A stretch of DNA of 63,332 bases, counting the filler, from Folioceros fuciformis (Eukaryota), in assembly GCA_049999805.1 (NCBI GenBank). It is 5 parts of 5 records of this genome, joined end to end, with 100 filler letters (N's around TTAATTAATTAA, not from the genome) between each part and the next. Parts side by side here need not be neighbours in the genome. Positions count along the whole stretch, not along the records: positions 57,919 to 61,393 come from JBNGIO010005958.1; positions 61,494 to 63,332 come from JBNGIO010005986.1; 3 more parts are not named here. The stretch is one strand, 5' to 3'. Below, piece after piece: positions 57,919 to 63,332 of this stretch (its first letter is position 1; each line of letters starts with the position of its first letter). Below the pieces are notes generated by a model. The model ran no database searches, was not told where the DNA came from, and worked only from the letters and a program-made list of their open reading frames with translations. The translations under genes and the position numbers were made by a program.

Positions 57919-60900
57919 GGACAAAGTAAAGATCATTAAGGCACTCCGACCGCCGACCACGCTAAAGGGGTTGAGGGGATTTCTGGGGATGGTTGGGTAC
58001 TACCGGAGGTTCATCAAGAACTTCGCTAAAAGGGCAGCGCCGTTGACCAGGTTGTTGAGGAAGGATGAGGAATGCACGTGGACGTCAGCACGGGAGGAGG
58101 CGTTTCAGGATCTCAGGACCACGCTTGTAACAGCCCCAACGCTCAAGGGACCCGATTGGAGCAAGAAATTCCACATACATGTTGACGTCTCACCCTTTGC
58201 CATCGAGGTCGTGCTCAGCCAACGAGACGAGAAGAAGAGGGAACACCCGATTTATTATGCGAGGCGACAACTGATAGAGGCCGAACGGAAATACTCAACC
58301 ACGGAGCGGGAAGCCCTGGGGATGGTGTATTCAGTTCGGAAATTTCGGCACTATCTGCTATCCTACGAATTCGTGTTCCATGTGGATCATTTTGCACTAA
58401 AGCATTTGGTGAACAAGGTAGATCTGTTAGGGAGGATAGCCAGGTGGGTTTTGCTGTTGCAGGAGTTCACCTTTACAGTGGAGACCCGCGAGGGGCGCAA
58501 GCACGTTAACGCCGATTACCTCTCACGACTGCAGTCGGAGGAGGTAAGCCAGGATCAGGAGGATGAGTTTCCGGATGAAGCTCTGTTCACAACAGAAATC
58601 GAGGGTGAAGCGGCTGTGCCCAATCGTAAGCGCCAGCAGAATGGAGGCGCAGCGGGAAATGAGAAGGGGAGGATCAAGTTTGTTCGGCCCACCTATTTGG
58701 AAGTAGCGGAATTCCTGGAGTCGGGGGTCATTCCTACTGATATATCAAGACAGCGGAGGCAAGCTTGGGTGCACTACACTCGACCTTTCACCCGCAGCGG
58801 AGGGGAGTTGTATCGAACGGGGCCGGACGGACGCCAACATCTATGGATAGCAGGAGAAAGGATTGAGCAAGTATTGAGGAGCCTGCATGACGGGGAGGCA
58901 GGTGGCCATTTCGCAGCACATATTACTTGCAGGAAGATCCTAGAGGCGGGATATTGGTGGCCCACGATGTACAGAGATACAGCACAGTACGTAAAAAAAT
59001 GTGATGCCTGCCAGCGGGTGGGGAAGCCTACCCCGACGACGCAATGGCCGTTGGTGCCGATTTTGGTTTTAGGCCCCTTCGAAAAGTGGGGAATTGATTT
59101 TGTGGGACCGATCCAGCCAAAGACTCGAGTCCGGCAGAATCAATACATTTTGGTCGCGACAGATTACTGCAGAAGGATGGTGGAAGCGCAGCCCCTGCAA
59201 GTGGATACTACGCATGTGGTCGCGAAATTTCTGTTCGAGCAAGTGATTGCTCGGTATGGCTGTCCGCTGGAGCTGGTAAGTGACTGGGGTACCCACTTTG
59301 TCAATGAGGTAATCACCCATCTGGCGGACCATTTCAATGTGCAGCACAGGCGAACTACCCCCTACAATCCGAAGGCGAATGGGCTGACAGAGAGAGCGAA
59401 TGGTCTTTTGTGTCGAATACTAAACAAGATGACAGTGGAGTATTCTTATGACTGGGATCTCAAGCTCTATTCGGCGCTGTGGGCGTACCGGACTGCAGAG
59501 AGAGTCACCACCCAGAAAACTCCTTACTATCTTACTTATGGCCATCACCCGGTGATGCCTGTGGAGTTTGAAGTGTTAACCCCGCGGGTTCAAAATAGGA
59601 ATCGGATGACAGTGGAGGAGAGTCAGCTGGAGCGCCTGGTTAGTTTCATTAAACACACTGAAGACAGGGAAAAAGCTTTGGAAACAATGTAGGAAATGCA
59701 GACCAGGAGGAAGGAGTGGCATGACCGCAGGGTGAAGCAGTAGGAGTGGATAGTGCCTGGTGATCTGGCTCTGCTATATGACAGCAGGTATATGCACTTT
59801 CCAGGGAAATTACATCTGAGGTGGATGGGACCATACAGGGTTGCGGAGGTTTTTGACAATGGCTCCATTCAGCTGCAACAGATGGACGGACAGCTATTGC
59901 CCACCAGGGTGAATGGATGGCAGGTGAAGAAGTATTATGTGTAGGTTGGCGAGGGCGCCAACAAATGAGAAGGGGAGTATGTGAACGAAAAAAACTTTCG
60001 GAATCCCCATTTTGAGCGACGAAATGAGCAGGTTGTGATTCTTTTTGTGAAGTGACAGGCGAATCGGCTTAGTAAGCGAGTAAGACCAGGGTGTTTATAC
60101 CCAAAGTCCACCTTGGGCTTCGGGGTTTGGAGGTGTACTGGAGATCGGGACAAGGGGGAAGGAGGAAGCAGCGAGTGCCTCCCTGACCCTCGAGTCCTTG
60201 AGAACATTCAGGTTGGCCAAAGTAAGGGCCGAGACGACGGGGCGACGGTAGCCGGCAGGGCAACCGTCGCCGGAGGAACGACTGGTGGTAGCCCAATGGG
60301 CGGAGAAAGCAGGCAGGGTATAAAAACCCTAGAGAAAGGGGAGCTTTGTCCAGTATCCGGAAGCGTGGGGAGCGGGAGTAACGTGAAGCGTAAAGTGGCT
60401 GAGGAAGGCGAAAGCGCCAGGACGACGGGACAAACGGCGCAGGGTGTAAGGGTCGAGCAAGAGCAGGGGAGTGGAAGACCTCCAAGGCGCGAGCGGTGGA
60501 GGGATCTGGGCGAACAGAGGAAGGGCTAGAGCGCGACCAGGGAAAAATCCTTAAGTTCTCCACCAAGTTGGATGCGGTGCTGGAAGAAGGGATGAAGGAC
60601 CTGCTGGCCGAGTTTATTGATGTGTTTGCGTTTGATGTCACAGACATGAAGGGCATTCCCAAGGAGTGGGGGGAGCATAGGATTGAACTGGAGCCAGAGG
60701 CAGTGCCCGTGAGGATACCCCAGTATAAGTTGAACCCAAAGTATTCCCTGAAAGTAAAGGAACAGCTAGAGCTATACCTGAGGGCAGACATCATTTATCC
60801 CATTGTCACCTCTGAATGGGTGGCACCAATTGTAGTGGTACCCAAGAAACAGCTCGGGAAAATTCGAGTATACTAGGATTGGAGGAGGTTGAACAAGGTG

Positions 60901-61393
60901 ACTCAAAAGGATCACTTTCCGTTACCTTTCATTGACAACATTCTGGACCTAGTAGCGGGAAAAATGACGTACTCCTTTTTGGACGGGTACTCAGGGTATA
61001 ACCAGTTACATCTCCGGGAAAGTGACTGGCCGTAAACTGCCTTCACCACCGACTGGGGAACCTATGCCTACAAGCGCAGCGCCTTTGGACTGACTGGAGC
61101 ACCAGGGTCCTTCATGATAACAATTGTCAAGATCTTTAAGGATTTCCTACGAGACTTTATGGAAGTATTCCTGGACGATTTCTGTGTGTTTGGGTAGGCG
61201 GGGGAGCATCTACAGCACCTAAGGAAATGCCTAGAGAGGTGTAGGGAGGCCAAGCTATGCCTCCACCCGGAAAAGTGTTATTTCGGAATGTCGGAAGGTA
61301 TCATATTGGGCCATAGAATTTTGGCTAGAGGGATTGAGGTGGATCTGGACAAAGTAAAGATCATTAAGGCACTCCGACCGCCGACCACGCTAA
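57919..61393 (+). mobile_element. Ty3/Gypsy pol remnant, circularly permuted: RH-INT (57919-59944), PPT ~59967-59979, LTR-like tract from 59980, RT (~60525-61393)
   Basis: FLGMVGYYRRFI, YSTTEREAL, H..GHF..CDACQ, WGIDFVGP, NGLTER, WMGPY; RT WVAPIVVVPKK, FLDGYSGYNQ, VFLDDF with stops. First and last 47 bp are identical. Confidence 0.9.
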
Positions 61394-61493
61394 NNNNNNN
61401 NNNNNNNNNNNNNNNNNNNNNNNNNNNNNNNNNNNNNTTAATTAATTAANNNNNNNNNNNNNNNNNNNNNNNNNNNNNNNNNNNNNNNNNNNN

Positions 61494-63332
61494 TTCTATT
61501 GAAGAGAACAAGGGGATTTCTGATGAAGGAGAAGTAGAGGAGCAAGCACAAAGGCAAGAAACGCCTCCACCAAAGAGGTATCCGACAAGGGAGCGACGGC
61601 CACCTAAGGATTGGAGAGAAGGACCAGAGTTTGCTTCCATTGCTATGACACACGGAAGGGAACCATTGACTGTGGCTGAAGCTCTACAAGGGAAGGATTG
61701 CGAGCACTGGAAAGAAGCCATGGATGAGGAGATGAGGTCCCTGGAAGGTAATGATACGTGGATGTTGACAACATTGCCCGCAGGAAGGAATGCCATTGGG
61801 TGTAAATGGGTGTTCAGAATCAAGAGAAATGCAAGTGGGGAAATTGATAGATTCAAGGCTAGGTTGGTGGTGAAGGGATACTCCCAAGAGGAGGGCATTG
61901 ACTACAATGAGACATTTGCACCAGTTGCCAAGTTTGCATCCATCAGAACCTTACTTGCAGTGGGAGCAATGTATGATTTGGAGATTCATCAAATGGATGT
62001 GAAAACAGCATTTCTAAATGGGGACTTGGAGGAAGACATTTACATGGAGCAACCCCAAGGCTATGTAGTTATGGGCAAGGAGAACATGGTTTGCAAATTG
62101 AAGAAAGCTCTTTATGGATTGAAGCAGGCTCCAAGAGCTTGGTATCAAAAGATTAACTCATATCTTTTGGAGCAGGGTTTTCGGCAATGCACATCAGATG
62201 AGAGCATCTACATTTTTGAGGTCTCCCAAAGTAAGGTAATCTTAGCCATATATGTGGATGATCTTATCTTGTTGAGTCCATCTTTAAGCAGTATTGATAA
62301 AGTGAAGGAGATGTTGTCAAAGAAGTTTGAAATGAAGGACTTAGGGAACATCAACTATTGTCTTGGAATTGAAGTGCGGAGAGATAGGGCAGCACGTATC
62401 ATCAGGCTTGGTCAGCAAGGGTATGTTGAGGGATTATTGGAGCGATTTGGAATGATGGATTGCAAGCCTATTGGGACCCCTCAAGACTTAGGTGTGAAGT
62501 TGTGTAAGGTTGACTACTCATCAAATGATGGGGAGGAGCATGAGATGAGTAACATCCCATATAGGGCAGCAGTTGGAAGTTTGATGTATGCCATGGTAGG
62601 AACACGTCCAGACATTGCAAAGGCAGTGGGAGTAGTGAGCCAATTTATGCAAAGCCCTGGAAAGCAACATTGGATTGCGGTGAAAAGGATCATGCGATAC
62701 TTGAGAGGTACAAGTGATATGTGGTTGGAATTCTCGGGTGGAATCAAATGCCATAATATTATTGGGTATTGTGACTCCGATTGGGGAAGTGATCTTGATG
62801 ATAGAAGATCAACTACAGGATATACTTTTATTTTAGGAGGAGGTGCCATTACCTGGAATAGTAAGAAGCAACCCACGGTGGCCATATCAACAGTTGAAGC
62901 TGAGTACATGGCATCCACACAAGCCACCAAGGAGGCCGTATGGTTGAGAAAACTCATGGAGGAGATTGGTTATGAACAATTGCATCCGACCACTCTTAGG
63001 AGCGATAGTCAAGGAAGTATGGCCTTGATCAAGAATCCAGTGCATCATGCAAGGACAAAGCATATTGACATTCAACATCACTTTGTACGTGAGAAGGTGA
63101 AGTTATTGGAGGTTACCTTTGAATATTGCAACACTGAGGAAATGGCTGCAGATTTCTTAACCAAGGCAGTGAGTAAGTTCAAGTTTGAGAAATGCAGGGG
63201 ACTACTTGGACTGAAGCAAACTCAAGTGCGCTGAGTGGGAGTGTTAAGCATGATTAATGTTGATATTAATTAGTGCTAATCCAGCTTATTGAGTTTGTAC
63301 TAATTAGTGGTAAGAGTGATTAAGGTTATGAT
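61494..63332 (+). mobile_element. Ty1/Copia element 4, 3' part: RT-RNaseH (to 63234), PPT 63233-63241, 3' LTR from 63242
   Basis: CKWVF, FKARLV, HQMDVKTAFLNG, IYVDDL, YCDSDW, EAEY, TKHIDI; gagtgggag then TGTTAAG. Confidence 0.95.

Overview
Eukaryotic nuclear DNA from a non-seed land plant. A hornwort is the best fit, inferred from a GRP-ending DYW:KP-type PPR protein, very long PLS arrays and short introns. The window is five assembly pieces joined by artificial N-TTAATTAATTAA-N linkers (1-24124, 24225-46536, 46637-57818, 57919-61393, 61494-63332), so adjacency across linkers means nothing. Host genes: a 3-exon GAMYB-type R2R3-MYB, an alpha/beta-hydrolase, a ~1645-aa PLS-E+ PPR (WW-type PG box), a UBTD-like ubiquitin-binding protein, a PLS-DYW:KP(GRP) PPR, an intronless orphan multi-pass membrane ORF and a divergent ELF1. 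There are also PPO and PPR pseudogenes, a partial segmental duplicate, nested Copia and Gypsy elements and a dispersed repeat family with hypervariable internal tandem arrays. Most notable: (1) an OSB-type PDF single-stranded-DNA-binding motif fused in frame to the putative U-to-C editor PPR-DYW:KP, with a degenerate trace of the same motif in the neighbouring WW-type PPR; (2) an in-frame TGA at codon 4 of that gene's apparent targeting peptide; (3) a Gypsy integrase ending in a PHD finger; (4) a Copia type with extra 5' ORFs and a 3' antisense membrane ORF; (5) an AT-rich island with a complete 3-exon secreted PAN/apple-domain gene of foreign appearance. All calls are from reading the sequence and motif recall; no searches were run.
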